Below, piece after piece: positions 21,252 to 31,047 of a stretch of DNA of 64,000 bases. A program made the position numbers and the translations under genes. The stretch covers positions 1-64,000 of the forward strand of contig CAWKBC010000007.1 of assembly GCA_963847705.1 (NCBI GenBank), written 5' to 3'. Positions within the stretch are counted from its first letter, which is position 1; each line of letters begins with the position of its first letter. The stretch comes from an uncultured Pseudomonadota bacterium. GTDB taxonomy: Bacteria; Myxococcota_A; Polyangia; Fen-1088. The notes below the pieces were generated by a model. It searched no databases. It saw nothing but the letters and a program-made list of their open reading frames with translations, and was not told where the DNA came from.

Positions 21252-23489
21252 ATGCGATCGTCCCGTCGTCCCCCTGCCACGCCGGCGTCGCGCTCTGCGC
21301 TGGCCCTTCGTTCCACCTTCACGCTGCTGGCCCTGCCGGCGCTGGCGCTGGCCCTGGTGGCGACGGCCACCTCCGCCGGCGCCGCCACCAGCAGGAGCTT
21401 CCGGCAGACGACCGCCAAGGACTTCGAGGAAGGGGAGGCGACCGCCAGCATGATCCTCCCCGACGGGACGCTGGTGCCAGGGATGAAGACGTCGCCGGTC
21501 GCGCTCGACGCCGCGTTCGTCTGGTGCTCGACGATCTCGCCCGACGGGAAGACGGCCTACTTCGGCACCGGCGATCAGGGGCGCATCTACGCGGTCGAGG
21601 TGGCCGGCGGCGAGGCGCGGGCCCGCCGGGTCGCCACGCTCGACGCCGCCTGGGTGACCGCTCTGGTGGCGCGCCCTGACGGCACGCTGGTCGCCGGCAC
21701 CACGCCCGGTGGGAAGCTCTTCACCGTCGATCCCAAGAAGGCTGAAAAGACTGCCGAAAAGACCGGGGACGCGGCCGCTGGCGTGCGGCTGTTCGCCACG
21801 CTCGGCACCGACCATGTCTGGTCGCTGGCGCTCGACGCCAAGACCGGCGTCGTCTACGCCGGCACCGGCGGGCCGGGAAAGATCTTCGCGGTCGATCGCA
21901 GCGGACACGCCAAGGAGCTCTGGGACTCCGGCGACAAGCACGTCGTGTCGCTGCTGCAGGCCGACGACAAGCACCTTCTGGCCGGGACCTCGGAGACGGC
22001 CATCCTGTTTCGGGTCGGCCTGGACGGCCACGCCGAGGCGCTGGGGGACTTCGACGCCGAGGAGGTCCGCGCCATCGCCCGCTGGGGCAGCTCCATTTAC
22101 GTCGCGGTCAACGACTTCGAGCACGCGGCCCCGGCCCTCACCGCCGGGCCGGTCCCCGCGCGCGGCACCCGCATCACCGTTTCGCCGACCGGCTCGCCCG
22201 CCTCGGCCGGCTCGCTGCCGCGCCCGGGGCAACGCAAGTCCAAGGCCGCCCTCTACCGGATCGATCCCGACGGCCGCACCGAACAGATCTTCTCCATCGG
22301 CGACGGCTACTTCACCACGCTGGCCATCGACGACGAGGGGCGGGCCTTCGTGGGCACCGGGACCGAGGGACGCGTCTACCGGGTCGACCCGGATCGCACG
22401 GCGGCGCTGGCGATCGATCTGCCCGAGCGACAGGCGCTGACGTTGCTGCGCGCCGGGAAGAACTTCCTGGTCGGCACCGGCGACGTGGGCGGCCTCTACC
22501 GGGTCACGCCGGCGGCCCCCAAGCAGGCGACCTATCTGTCGCGGGTGCTCGACGGCGATTTCCACTCCCGCTGGGGGCTCCTCCGCTGGCACGGCTCGCA
22601 CGAGCTCGGCGTGGCGACCCGCTCGGGGAACACGGCCAAGCCCGACGCCACCTGGTCGGCCTTCAGCGACCTCGATCATCCGCGCGCCACCAGCGACGGC
22701 GGCGTGGGTCTGGTCGGCAGCCCGTCCGCCCGCTACGTGCAGTACAAGTTGACGTTCGGCGCCGCCGAGGCGGGCGCCGGCGCCCACGTGGGCGAGGTGA
22801 CGCTGGCCTATCTGCCGCAGAACCAGCGCGCGCGCGTCACCGAGATCACCGTCGGTGACGGCGGAGCCGCTCCGCTGGCGACCGGGGGCGGGCTGGGGGC
22901 GCTCGGCGGCTCGGCCACCACGGCGGCGACCACCCGCAGCCACTCGCCGATCATCAAGCTTCACTGGAAGGTCGACAACACCGACGGGGACGACCTGGTC
23001 TACCGGCTCTCCTTCCGCGAAGAGAACGACGCCGTCTGGCGGCCGCTGGGCGGCCCCGACCCGCTCACCCGAACCGACTTCGACTGGAACACCGAGGGGC
23101 TCCCCGACGGGTCTTACCTGGTCCGCGTGGTCGCCAGCGACGAGCGCTCGGAGCCGCGCGACCGTGCGCTCGACGCCGCCCTCGACTCGGCGTCGATCCT
23201 GGTCGACAACCGCAAGCCGGAGGTGGCCGGCCTGGTCGCCAAGTACCCGTTCGTCTCGGGGCGCGCGCACGACGATCAGAGCCCCCTCACCAGCCTGGAG
23301 TACGCCATCGACGGTGGCGACTGGCAGCCCCTGTCGCCCGCCGACGGCATCTGCGACGACCTGGTCGAGGCCTTCAACCTCAAGCTCCCGGCGCTGGCGC
23401 CCGGCCCGCACGCGGTGACCGTGCGCGCCTGGGACAGCGCCGACAACGTGGGCGCCGCGTCGATCACCGTGCGTGTGGGGTCCAGATGA
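21252..23489 (+). CDS. Exported beta-propeller protein with C-terminal Ig/FN3-like domains
   Basis: Signal peptide, repeated YxGTG..G.iy / V.sL blades, RSGNT..PD..WS and C-terminal beta-sandwich motifs (LPDGSY.VRVVASD, VDN, G.H.VTVRAWD..DN). Confidence 0.8.
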   Translation: MRSSRRPPATPASRSALALRSTFTLLALPALALALVATATSAGAATSRSFRQTTAKDFEEGEATASMILPDGTLVPGMKTSPVALDAAFVWCSTISPDGKTAYFGTGDQGRIYAVEVAGGEARARRVATLDAAWVTALVARPDGTLVAGTTPGGKLFTVDPKKAEKTAEKTGDAAAGVRLFATLGTDHVWSLALDAKTGVVYAGTGGPGKIFAVDRSGHAKELWDSGDKHVVSLLQADDKHLLAGTSETAILFRVGLDGHAEALGDFDAEEVRAIARWGSSIYVAVNDFEHAAPALTAGPVPARGTRITVSPTGSPASAGSLPRPGQRKSKAALYRIDPDGRTEQIFSIGDGYFTTLAIDDEGRAFVGTGTEGRVYRVDPDRTAALAIDLPERQALTLLRAGKNFLVGTGDVGGLYRVTPAAPKQATYLSRVLDGDFHSRWGLLRWHGSHELGVATRSGNTAKPDATWSAFSDLDHPRATSDGGVGLVGSPSARYVQYKLTFGAAEAGAGAHVGEVTLAYLPQNQRARVTEITVGDGGAAPLATGGGLGALGGSATTAATTRSHSPIIKLHWKVDNTDGDDLVYRLSFREENDAVWRPLGGPDPLTRTDFDWNTEGLPDGSYLVRVVASDERSEPRDRALDAALDSASILVDNRKPEVAGLVAKYPFVSGRAHDDQSPLTSLEYAIDGGDWQPLSPADGICDDLVEAFNLKLPALAPGPHAVTVRAWDSADNVGAASITVRVGSR

Positions 23490-24196
23490 GCGACCAGATG
23501 AACGACAAAGCCGGCGGCGCGAGCGCCCCTCCCGACGACGCCACCGGGCTGCCGCCGGCGCCCGAGGTGATCCAGATGGAGGTCGGCCTCCTGCAGAACT
23601 TCTGCGAGATCCTCTACTGCCCCGAGACGCACGAGGCCGCCATCGTCGACCCCGCCTGGGAGGTCGATCGGTTGCTCAACGAGACCGGCCGCCGCGGCCT
23701 GAAGGTGACGACCGTGCTCGTCACGCACACCCACAACGATCACATCGAGGGGGTCGATCTGGTGGTCGAGAAGACGGGCGCCACGGTGGTCGTCAACCCG
23801 CGCGAGGCGGCCGCGGTGAGCGCGCCGGGACGCAAGATGATCGACGCGGTCGACGGGCGAGGGATCGCCATCGGCAAGCGCGGGCTGCGCGCGCTGGAGA
23901 CGCCCGGCCACACCGTGGGCGGCACCTGCTACCTGGCGGACGGCTACGTGGTGACCGGCGACGTGTTGTTCGTCGGTGGCTGCGGTCGCACCGATTTCGC
24001 CGGGGGCGACAGCGCCCAGATGTGGAACAGCCTGCAGCGCCTGGCGCGCCTCCCCGAACAGACCCGCGTCTACCCGGGGCACGACTACGGAGACACCCCG
24101 ACCTCGACCATCGCCCACGAAATCCGGAGCAACCGGTTCTTGCGCTGCGCGACCTTCGAGGAGTTCCGCGCGCTGCGCGAGCGCAAGCGAAGCTGA
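23486..24196 (+). CDS. Glyoxalase II-like MBL-fold hydrolase
   Basis: THTHNDH, TPGHT.G, TGDVLFVGGCGRTD and YPGHDY. ATGA overlap with the upstream gene. Confidence 0.9.
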   Translation: MSDQMNDKAGGASAPPDDATGLPPAPEVIQMEVGLLQNFCEILYCPETHEAAIVDPAWEVDRLLNETGRRGLKVTTVLVTHTHNDHIEGVDLVVEKTGATVVVNPREAAAVSAPGRKMIDAVDGRGIAIGKRGLRALETPGHTVGGTCYLADGYVVTGDVLFVGGCGRTDFAGGDSAQMWNSLQRLARLPEQTRVYPGHDYGDTPTSTIAHEIRSNRFLRCATFEEFRALRERKRS

Positions 24197-24323
24197 CCGC
24201 GCGGGCTCCCCGATCGCCGGAAACACGATTCGCGCCCTCCGCGTGACCTTCATCGAATGCGCGTCAAGACGTATTTTCAGTCCCCGTATTGATGAGCTTG
24301 TGCGCAGTGATTACAGTCGTTGG

Positions 24324-25181
24324 ATGATTGCCTCGACTCGTAAATTAGGTTTGCAAGGTTGGTCGCGCGATCTGCCGCTGGTCTTCCTCGCCGCGATCTG
24401 GATGGGTTGCTCCAGCTCTCCCTCGAATTCGACGGCCGATGGCGGCGGGGGCCTGGGCGGCCACGCCGCCGGAGCCGCGGGGGGAATGGGCGGTCAGGCC
24501 GGAGCGGCGGGCCGCGCCGGGACCGCGGGCGGCGGGACCGCAGGCGCTGCCGGCGCTGCTGGAACCACCGGCCTCGGGGGCAGTGCCGGCGCGGCCGGCA
24601 CCCTCGACGCCGGCCTTGCAGGTGCGAACGGGGGGGCGAGTGGTGGGAGCGGCGCTGGCGGCCAGGCGGGCGCAGCGGGCGGAGGCGGAGGTTCCGGAGC
24701 GGCCGGGACCGGGACCGCCGGCCAGGTGGGAAGCAACGACGGTGGCACGGTGGACGGCTGCGTGAGCGGCGACCTGGCTGGAACGGGCGTTCCGGCAGGG
24801 ACCGTCGCCACCGCCAGCGCCTTTTCCGCGGCGGATGCCACGCCCGACAAGGCGATCGACGGGGACACCACGACGCGCTGGAACGCCGGCGACTACACAG
24901 GATGGATCACGCTGACGTTCCCGGCGCCCGTCGCGATCTCGGGCATCCGGCTCCACGTCCACGCGTCGCCCGAAACCACCGAGAGCTACACCGTGACGTC
25001 GTCGTCGAGCCCCACCGCGATCGGCTCGGCGACCGGGGACGTGACGCCCCAGCCCGGGCTGGTGCTCCCCGATATTTTCGTCCCCCCGGGGTCCTACCCG
25101 GACATCACCATCACGGTGAACGGGGGGGCTTCGTGGGTGGCCATCGACGCGATCTGGCTCCTCCCGTTCGCCTGTCACTGA
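24324..25181 (+). CDS. Lipoprotein with Gly/Ala-rich linker and C-terminal discoidin (F5/8 type C)-like domain
   Basis: ..AIWMGC lipobox, GGxAG repeats, ATASA..P.KAIDGD..TRW and WITL.F. Confidence 0.75.
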   Translation: MIASTRKLGLQGWSRDLPLVFLAAIWMGCSSSPSNSTADGGGGLGGHAAGAAGGMGGQAGAAGRAGTAGGGTAGAAGAAGTTGLGGSAGAAGTLDAGLAGANGGASGGSGAGGQAGAAGGGGGSGAAGTGTAGQVGSNDGGTVDGCVSGDLAGTGVPAGTVATASAFSAADATPDKAIDGDTTTRWNAGDYTGWITLTFPAPVAISGIRLHVHASPETTESYTVTSSSSPTAIGSATGDVTPQPGLVLPDIFVPPGSYPDITITVNGGASWVAIDAIWLLPFACH

Positions 25182-25193
25182 CGCGCGCGCGAC

Positions 25194-25889
25194 TCAGCCG
25201 CGGACGACGTCGGCTGCCCGCACGCGCGCGGCGATCAGCACGAGAGCAGCTTCCTCGGCGACGCGCGCGTCGTGAAGCTCGATGGAGAACGGCCCCTCGC
25301 CGCGGGTGAGCCGGAGCCGCGCGGTGAACGCTCCATCCCGGGCCCGCGCGACGATCGCCTCCTCGAATCCGACGAAGCGGTGGACCCAGGGGTCGAGCGC
25401 CTTGTAGATCGCCTCCTTGGCCGAGAACCGGAGCAGCACGGCGGCATCGCGTTCGGGCCCGCTGGGCGGAATGACCGACAGCTCATCGGGGGTGAGCACC
25501 CGCGACGCGATATCGGTGCGCAACGGGCGCAGATCCTCGACGTCGATTCCCACCGTCGCGCGCGGGTCTGTCTCGCGGGCACAGAGCGCGACGGCGATCG
25601 TCCGCTTGTGGCTGACCGACCCGACGGCGCCGGGCGGCAGGAGGGGCGCGCCGCGCGGCGTGGAGAGCATCGGCTCGGACGCCTCCACACCGACGGCGGC
25701 CAGCGCCGCCCGCAGCGCGACCCTTCCACCGACCCACCCGACACGGCGCGCCTCCGGCAGCGCGCGCGCGAACGCCGTCTCCACGGGGTGAAGCCCCGCC
25801 GGCAGCTCGAACGCGCCATCCGCCGGCAGCGACACCCCCACGCAGGTTCCGAAAGGGAGGTCGAACGCGAACCGGCGCTCGAACGCCAC
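25194..25889 (-). CDS. 4'-phosphopantetheinyl transferase (EntD/Sfp-like)
   Basis: GR.ALR.AL, GAP.LP.G.VGSVSH, VGIDVE and FSAKEAIYKA. Start GTG 25889. Confidence 0.9.
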   Translation of the reverse strand: MAFERRFAFDLPFGTCVGVSLPADGAFELPAGLHPVETAFARALPEARRVGWVGGRVALRAALAAVGVEASEPMLSTPRGAPLLPPGAVGSVSHKRTIAVALCARETDPRATVGIDVEDLRPLRTDIASRVLTPDELSVIPPSGPERDAAVLLRFSAKEAIYKALDPWVHRFVGFEEAIVARARDGAFTARLRLTRGEGPFSIELHDARVAEEAALVLIAARVRAADVVRG

Positions 25890-25891
25890 CG

Positions 25892-26776
25892 CTACCTCGC
25901 CGCGACGTCGGCGGCGACCAGCGCCCTGACGTGCGCCAGCAGCGCCTCGCTGCCCACGGAGATCGGCAGGATCTCCGGCAGGCGCCGCGCCAGCCAGACC
26001 ACCTGCCAGGTCAGCGCCCCTCCCGGCTCCACCGTCTCGTAGGCCCCTTGCGCCTCCACCTCGACGTAGGTGTGCGCGGGGCTGGCGTAGATCTCGATCT
26101 GCGCCTCGCCCGGCGCATGCGCCGCGCGCGGCACCGCCGGGAAGGTCTTCACCAGGAGCGCGTCGCCGTCGACGTGCGCCAGCCACCCTTCGCGCCCGTC
26201 GGCGAAGTGCTTCTGGTGCTCGGTGATCAACGCCCTGTCGTAGTCGTACCAGGTGGCGCCTAGGGCGTCGCGCACGCCCAGGTTCGAGGGCGGAAAGGCC
26301 CCCTCGCCCGAAGGATAGAAGGTCAGGCCGCCGGGTCCGACGCGGGTGATCTGCCAGGGCGCGGTCTGGATCGGCGCCGCGCCCAGGTTGTGGATGCGGT
26401 ACTCGAACAGCACGGCGCCCCGCGCGCGATCGGCCGCGAAACGCTTCTCGATCTCCACCCCCAGGCTGGCGCTCGGCGCGCTGCGCATCACGATGGCGCT
26501 GTCCTCGATCGTGACACGGTACTCGTGGTGGTCGACCTCGGGGACGGGCGGCCAGCCCCAGGCGCTCTGGGGGCTGGTCCAGAAGGTCGAGCCGAAGTTG
26601 CCGGCGTCGATCTCCGGGCCGGTCAGGAGGTTTCTGCCGCCGAGGCGCAGCGCCGTCACGCGTCCGCCGGTGCGTGCGTCGACCTCGAAGGAGACGTCGT
26701 CCCAGGCCAGCACATGGCGGCCATCGCGCACCTCGGGCGTGATCGGGTCGAGCTTCGAAGCCGGCACGTCGTACAT
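25892..26776 (-). CDS. Hypothetical protein, DUF4380/galactose-mutarotase-like
   Basis: GGRV..L...G.NLL, W.SPQ..W.WPP and YVEVE.QG.Y..V.PG....W. Family call from memory. Confidence 0.6.
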   Translation of the reverse strand: MYDVPASKLDPITPEVRDGRHVLAWDDVSFEVDARTGGRVTALRLGGRNLLTGPEIDAGNFGSTFWTSPQSAWGWPPVPEVDHHEYRVTIEDSAIVMRSAPSASLGVEIEKRFAADRARGAVLFEYRIHNLGAAPIQTAPWQITRVGPGGLTFYPSGEGAFPPSNLGVRDALGATWYDYDRALITEHQKHFADGREGWLAHVDGDALLVKTFPAVPRAAHAPGEAQIEIYASPAHTYVEVEAQGAYETVEPGGALTWQVVWLARRLPEILPISVGSEALLAHVRALVAADVAAR

Positions 26777-26800
26777 GCTACCTGGCGCCGACCGGCGCGA

Positions 26801-28630
26801 TCAATCCGAAGTCGCCGAGGTCGCCGAGGTCGCCGAGCTCGCCGAACTCGCCGAGCTCGCCGAGCTGTGCCCGTGGTGCGGCGGCAGGCGCACGCAGGCC
26901 TCCACCGGGCTGCCGTCGGGGTGGCGCGGGCAGAGCCTGACCCCGTCGGGGCCCACCTCGACCATGAGGTAGTGGTAAGTGTTGGTCAGCACCGCCACGC
27001 TGGTCGGACAAGGCGGGACCGGATGCGGGACGTTGGGCGGCGGTCCGCTGGCCGCGTGGCACGAAGGGTTGTAGAGCGGCGCGCCGCCGCCGCCGGTGAC
27101 GACGTAGGTCAGCTTGCCCTCGGAGGTGGTCCCGACTCCACGTTCGTAGATGTGATCGTGGCCGGAGAAGAGCACGTCGACGTGCGCCGCCGCCAGCAGC
27201 GGCGCGTAGTCGCGCGCCATCTCCGGGGCGCCGCCGTGCAGGCCGTGGGCCCAGGGCCCCTCGTGGCAGAAGGCGAAGATGGCCCGCGCGTGGTGGCGGC
27301 GCGCCCGCGCCAGATCGTCGCGCAGCCAGGCCACCTGCGCCGGGTTGCGCATCTCGTTGGTCGACAGAATGACGAAGTGGACGCCGCCGAGATCGAGCGA
27401 CGTCCAGCCGGGCGGCCCCTTGGCGGGGACACCGAACAGCGCCCAGGTCAGCGCCGCGCCGGCGCCGCGCCGGTCGGCGTCGTGGTTGCCGAGCGCGGGG
27501 ACCACGGGCGCGATCGCCCCCATCGGCGCGGTGATCTCGAAGTACTTCTGCCAGTTCGATTCTTCGCTCCCCACGTCGGTGAGATCGCCGGTGTTGACGA
27601 TCAGCGCCGGCGCTTCGCGCACCAGCGCCTCGACGATCGTGCGGTGCGCGGCGTGCCCGGGGTAGCGCATGTCGCCGTAGACGGCGAAGCGCAGCGGCGC
27701 GGGCGCCGCGGGGAGAGTCTTGAAACGAAACGGTCCGGCGCTCGCGCGATCGCCGGCAGCTTCGAGCTCGATCCGGTAGCTGTAGGTCGCGCCGGGCGCC
27801 AGGTCGGTCAGCGCGAGCTGGGAGGCCGCCTCACCGACGGGGATCTGCCGCGAAGCCTGGCCGGCGTTCTTGCCGTCGTCGCGCGTGAGCGTCACCCGCC
27901 CCGACGCCGGCAGGTCGGTCTGCCAGTTGACGCGCACCCCGACCGTCGCCCCTTTGGCTTGGGGTCCCTCGGTCGGCGTCGAGAGGTAGGGACCGCGCAC
28001 GATCCGGACGCCGCTGGCCGCGGCGACGTCGACCAGGGCGGCCGGCGCCGACGCGAAGTCGACCGCTCGGCCGGGCGAGGCGTAAACCGCGACCGCCAGC
28101 AGATTGCCGTCGGGTCGCAGGGACGGGAGCGCGGCGGACGGCACTGGAATGTAGACGTGCTCCACCTCCGGACCGTGCGGCCCCACGGCGGCGGTCCCGT
28201 TCGGCGCGATCCCCCGACGCGCGATCTCCTGCCCGTTGACGGAGGCGACGAAGCCGTCGTTGTACGCCACGCGCAGCTCGAGGACCCGGACGTGGGCGGC
28301 GTCGGCGACCGAGAAACGCGCACGCAGGAGCAGCGGCGCGTGCGGAGCGAGATCGTAGAGCGTCCCCGGCGGCACCGGTGCGGGCTGGGGCGTGGCCGAG
28401 CCCGGCAGCGGCGAAAGCTCAGGAGGCCGCGGCGTGAACGGTCCGGCGGCCGGACCGCCCCAGCCGCGATCGTCGAAGCTCGCCTCGGTCCAGCCAGCGG
28501 GGGGCGGTCCCGAAAGGAAGCGCCACGGCCCGACGGTGACGGCGAGCGCCTTGTCGGCGCGCGCCGGCCTGGGGCCGAGCGCGGCCAGCGCCAGCGCCGG
28601 GAACAGCCAGAACAGCCAGCTGGGACGCAT
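26801..28630 (-). CDS. Secreted purple-acid-phosphatase-type metallophosphoesterase with N-terminal beta-sandwich/FN3 domains
   Basis: YGD, TGD, GNHD, H and SGHDHIYER motifs, YVVTGGGGAPL and a signal peptide. C-terminal 9-bp repeat encodes SSA/SAT. Confidence 0.88.
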   Translation of the reverse strand: MRPSWLFWLFPALALAALGPRPARADKALAVTVGPWRFLSGPPPAGWTEASFDDRGWGGPAAGPFTPRPPELSPLPGSATPQPAPVPPGTLYDLAPHAPLLLRARFSVADAAHVRVLELRVAYNDGFVASVNGQEIARRGIAPNGTAAVGPHGPEVEHVYIPVPSAALPSLRPDGNLLAVAVYASPGRAVDFASAPAALVDVAAASGVRIVRGPYLSTPTEGPQAKGATVGVRVNWQTDLPASGRVTLTRDDGKNAGQASRQIPVGEAASQLALTDLAPGATYSYRIELEAAGDRASAGPFRFKTLPAAPAPLRFAVYGDMRYPGHAAHRTIVEALVREAPALIVNTGDLTDVGSEESNWQKYFEITAPMGAIAPVVPALGNHDADRRGAGAALTWALFGVPAKGPPGWTSLDLGGVHFVILSTNEMRNPAQVAWLRDDLARARRHHARAIFAFCHEGPWAHGLHGGAPEMARDYAPLLAAAHVDVLFSGHDHIYERGVGTTSEGKLTYVVTGGGGAPLYNPSCHAASGPPPNVPHPVPPCPTSVAVLTNTYHYLMVEVGPDGVRLCPRHPDGSPVEACVRLPPHHGHSSASSASSASSATSATSATSD

Positions 28631-30015
28631 CAGTTGCGCAGCGCCTGCAGCGGCGCCGGGATGCGGCCGCCCAGCCGCACGAAGCGATCGGCGCCGAAGC
28701 GGCCGACCGGCTGCACGTAGGCCTCACCGAGGAGGCCGCCGTAAACCACCGACTCACCGGGCTGCTTGCCCGGGACGGGGATGATGCGGACGCCGGTCGC
28801 TTTGTTGTTGAAGACGCCGATGGCGATCTCGTCGGCGATGATCGCCGCCAGCGTCTCGGGCGAGGTGTCGCCGGGGACGGCCACCATGTCGAGGCCCACC
28901 GAGCAGACGGCGGAGAGGCTCTCCAGGCGGTCCAGCGACAGCGCGCCGGCGCGCGCGGCGGCGACCATTCCGGCGTCCTCGCTCACCGGGATGAAGGCGC
29001 CCGAGAGGCCGCCCACCGCCGACGAGGCCATGACGCCCCCCTTCTTCACCGCGTCGGTCAGCATGGCCAGCGCGGCGACGGAGCCCGGCGCGCCCGCCAT
29101 GTCGACGCCCATCTCTTCCAGGATCTCGGCCACGGAATCGCCCACCGCCGGCGTCGGCGCCAGCGACAGATCGACGACACCGAAACGGACCTCCGGTCCG
29201 AGCCGGCGCACCACCTCGCGCCCGACCAGCTCGCCGGCGCGCGCGACCTTGAAGGCCATCCGCTTGATCGTCTCGGCCACCGTCGTCAGATCGTAGGGCT
29301 CGCCCGAGGCGCGCAGCCGCTTGAGCGCCGACAGCACCACGCCGGGACCGGAGCAGCCGACGTTGATCACGCACTCTCCTTCGCCCACGCCGTGCAGCGC
29401 GCCGGCCACGAACGGGTTGTCGTCCGGGATGTTGGCGAAGGTCACCAGGCGCGCGCAGCCGATCCCGCCTGCGGCGGCGGTCGCCTCGGCCGTCGCCTTG
29501 ACCACGCGGCCCATCTCCAGCACCGCGTCGGCGTTGATGCCGGCGCGCGTGGTGGCCACGTTCACCGACGAGCAGACCCGCGTGGTCGTGGCCAGCGCCT
29601 CGGGGATCGAATCGATGAGCGCGCGATCGCCGGGGGTCATCCCCTTTTCGACCAGCGCCGAAAAGCCGCCGACGTAGTCGACCCCCAGCTCGCCGGCCGC
29701 GCGATCGAGCGCCAGCGCCGCCGGCACCACGCGCGCCGCGCGCGACGCCTCGGTCACCAGGGCCAGCGGCGTGACCGAGAGGCGGGTGGTGGTGATCGGC
29801 ACGGCGAAGTCGGCCTGGACGGCGGCCGTGGTGGGGACCAGGCGCGCGGCCACGCGCATCAGCTTTTCGTGGATGCGCGCCGAGGTCCGTTCCAGCGTCT
29901 CGGCGGCGCAGTCTCGCAGCGAGACGCCCATGGTCACCGTCCGCACGTCGAGGCTCTCGTTCTCGATCATGCGCAACACCTCGCGCACCTCGGAGGCTTC
30001 GAACCGCGTCGCCAC
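28630..30015 (-). CDS. UPF0210/DUF711 (PFL-like fold) protein
   Basis: LDVRTVTMGVSL.DC, GGFSALVEKG, NPFVAGA.HG, DLSLAPTP, VGGLSGAFIPVSED and VCSVGLDM. Confidence 0.93.
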   Translation of the reverse strand: MATRFEASEVREVLRMIENESLDVRTVTMGVSLRDCAAETLERTSARIHEKLMRVAARLVPTTAAVQADFAVPITTTRLSVTPLALVTEASRAARVVPAALALDRAAGELGVDYVGGFSALVEKGMTPGDRALIDSIPEALATTTRVCSSVNVATTRAGINADAVLEMGRVVKATAEATAAAGGIGCARLVTFANIPDDNPFVAGALHGVGEGECVINVGCSGPGVVLSALKRLRASGEPYDLTTVAETIKRMAFKVARAGELVGREVVRRLGPEVRFGVVDLSLAPTPAVGDSVAEILEEMGVDMAGAPGSVAALAMLTDAVKKGGVMASSAVGGLSGAFIPVSEDAGMVAAARAGALSLDRLESLSAVCSVGLDMVAVPGDTSPETLAAIIADEIAIGVFNNKATGVRIIPVPGKQPGESVVYGGLLGEAYVQPVGRFGADRFVRLGGRIPAPLQALRN

Positions 30016-30022
30016 CCGCCGA

Positions 30023-30376
30023 CTATACGCGCTGGAGCGCGTTCACAATCTCTTCGTGCATCACCACGCACTCGGCGCCCAGCGCCTGAACGGAGCGGAT
30101 GAGACGTTCCTTGAAGTCGGCCAGCGGCACCGCCAGCGCCGAGGTGTCGACCACGATGATCATCGTGAAGTAATCGGAGACCAGCGTCTGCGAGATGTCC
30201 ACGATGTCCCCGCCGGCGTCGGCGATCGCCTGCGCGATGTTGGCCACGATCCCGCGCCTGTTCTTGCCGGTGGTGGTGACCACCGCCCGCGGTCCGCGGC
30301 GCCGCGCCGCCTCCGTGCAGGAGGCGCAGAACTCGGCCCGCGCCAAGGTCTCGGCGGCGCGTGACCCTTCTGCCAC
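30023..30376 (-). CDS. UPF0237 ACT-domain protein with N-terminal CxxC
   Basis: AVVTTTGKNRRGIVA, IVDISQT..DYFTMI and HEEI..ALQRV. Usual partner of DUF711. Start uncertain (GTG 30376). Confidence 0.85.
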   Translation of the reverse strand: MAEGSRAAETLARAEFCASCTEAARRRGPRAVVTTTGKNRRGIVANIAQAIADAGGDIVDISQTLVSDYFTMIIVVDTSALAVPLADFKERLIRSVQALGAECVVMHEEIVNALQRV

Positions 30377-30404
30377 GATGACCTCAGCGCTCCGGCGTGA
30401 AAGC

Positions 30405-30905
30405 CTACTTGCGCTTGGCGGACTTGGCTGCCTTGGCGGCCTTGGCCGATTTGGCCGCCTTGGCCGACTTGGCGGCGGGCGCTGCTTTCTTCCCATGTTG
30501 GGCGGGAGTGGCAGCCCGCTGGGCAGCCGGCGCTCGCTTCACGGCAGGCTTGGCCGCGGCGACCGCCGCCGCTTGCGCGCGCTCCGTGACCGTCAGAATG
30601 TCGAGCAGGCGACCGTTCGAGTACTCGCCCAGCTTGTTGACGTAATCCTTGTCCTTGCCGCGCTTGAGCTTGTCGGCGATGGTCGCCGCCAGCTTGTCGT
30701 GGCCGCCCGCCTCTTTGGTGCGCGTGGCGACAGCGTGCAGCCGGATCAGCTTGCCGTTGGCAACGCCGAGCAGCTTCTTCCGCAGGTCGTCCTTGCTGAG
30801 ATCACCCGCATCGAGGACGCCGACGATCTTGTCGACCAGCTTGTCTTTTCCACCGAACTCGTCTTTGACCCGCGAAAGCGGGCTCTTCTTCAATGCCGCG
30901 GACAT
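30405..30905 (-). CDS. Lys-rich hypothetical protein with histone H1-like AK tail
   Basis: Two internal GG.DKL...I....LRKKL/YVNKL..NG.L repeats and a tail AAKSAKAAKSAKAAKAAKSAKRK. SD AGGAG. Confidence 0.8.
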   Translation of the reverse strand: MSAALKKSPLSRVKDEFGGKDKLVDKIVGVLDAGDLSKDDLRKKLLGVANGKLIRLHAVATRTKEAGGHDKLAATIADKLKRGKDKDYVNKLGEYSNGRLLDILTVTERAQAAAVAAAKPAVKRAPAAQRAATPAQHGKKAAPAAKSAKAAKSAKAAKAAKSAKRK

Positions 30906-31047
30906 GGTGCACGTTCTCCTTCGAAGGGCGCGTATTTACCGCAAACCCGGGCGCTTGACTAGGGGGCGCCTCGATCTGCCTGCCGGGAGCTCTGCCACCC
31001 GGGAGGCGATGATTACCTTTTCACACGAGAGTCAGCCTCGGGTGGGC

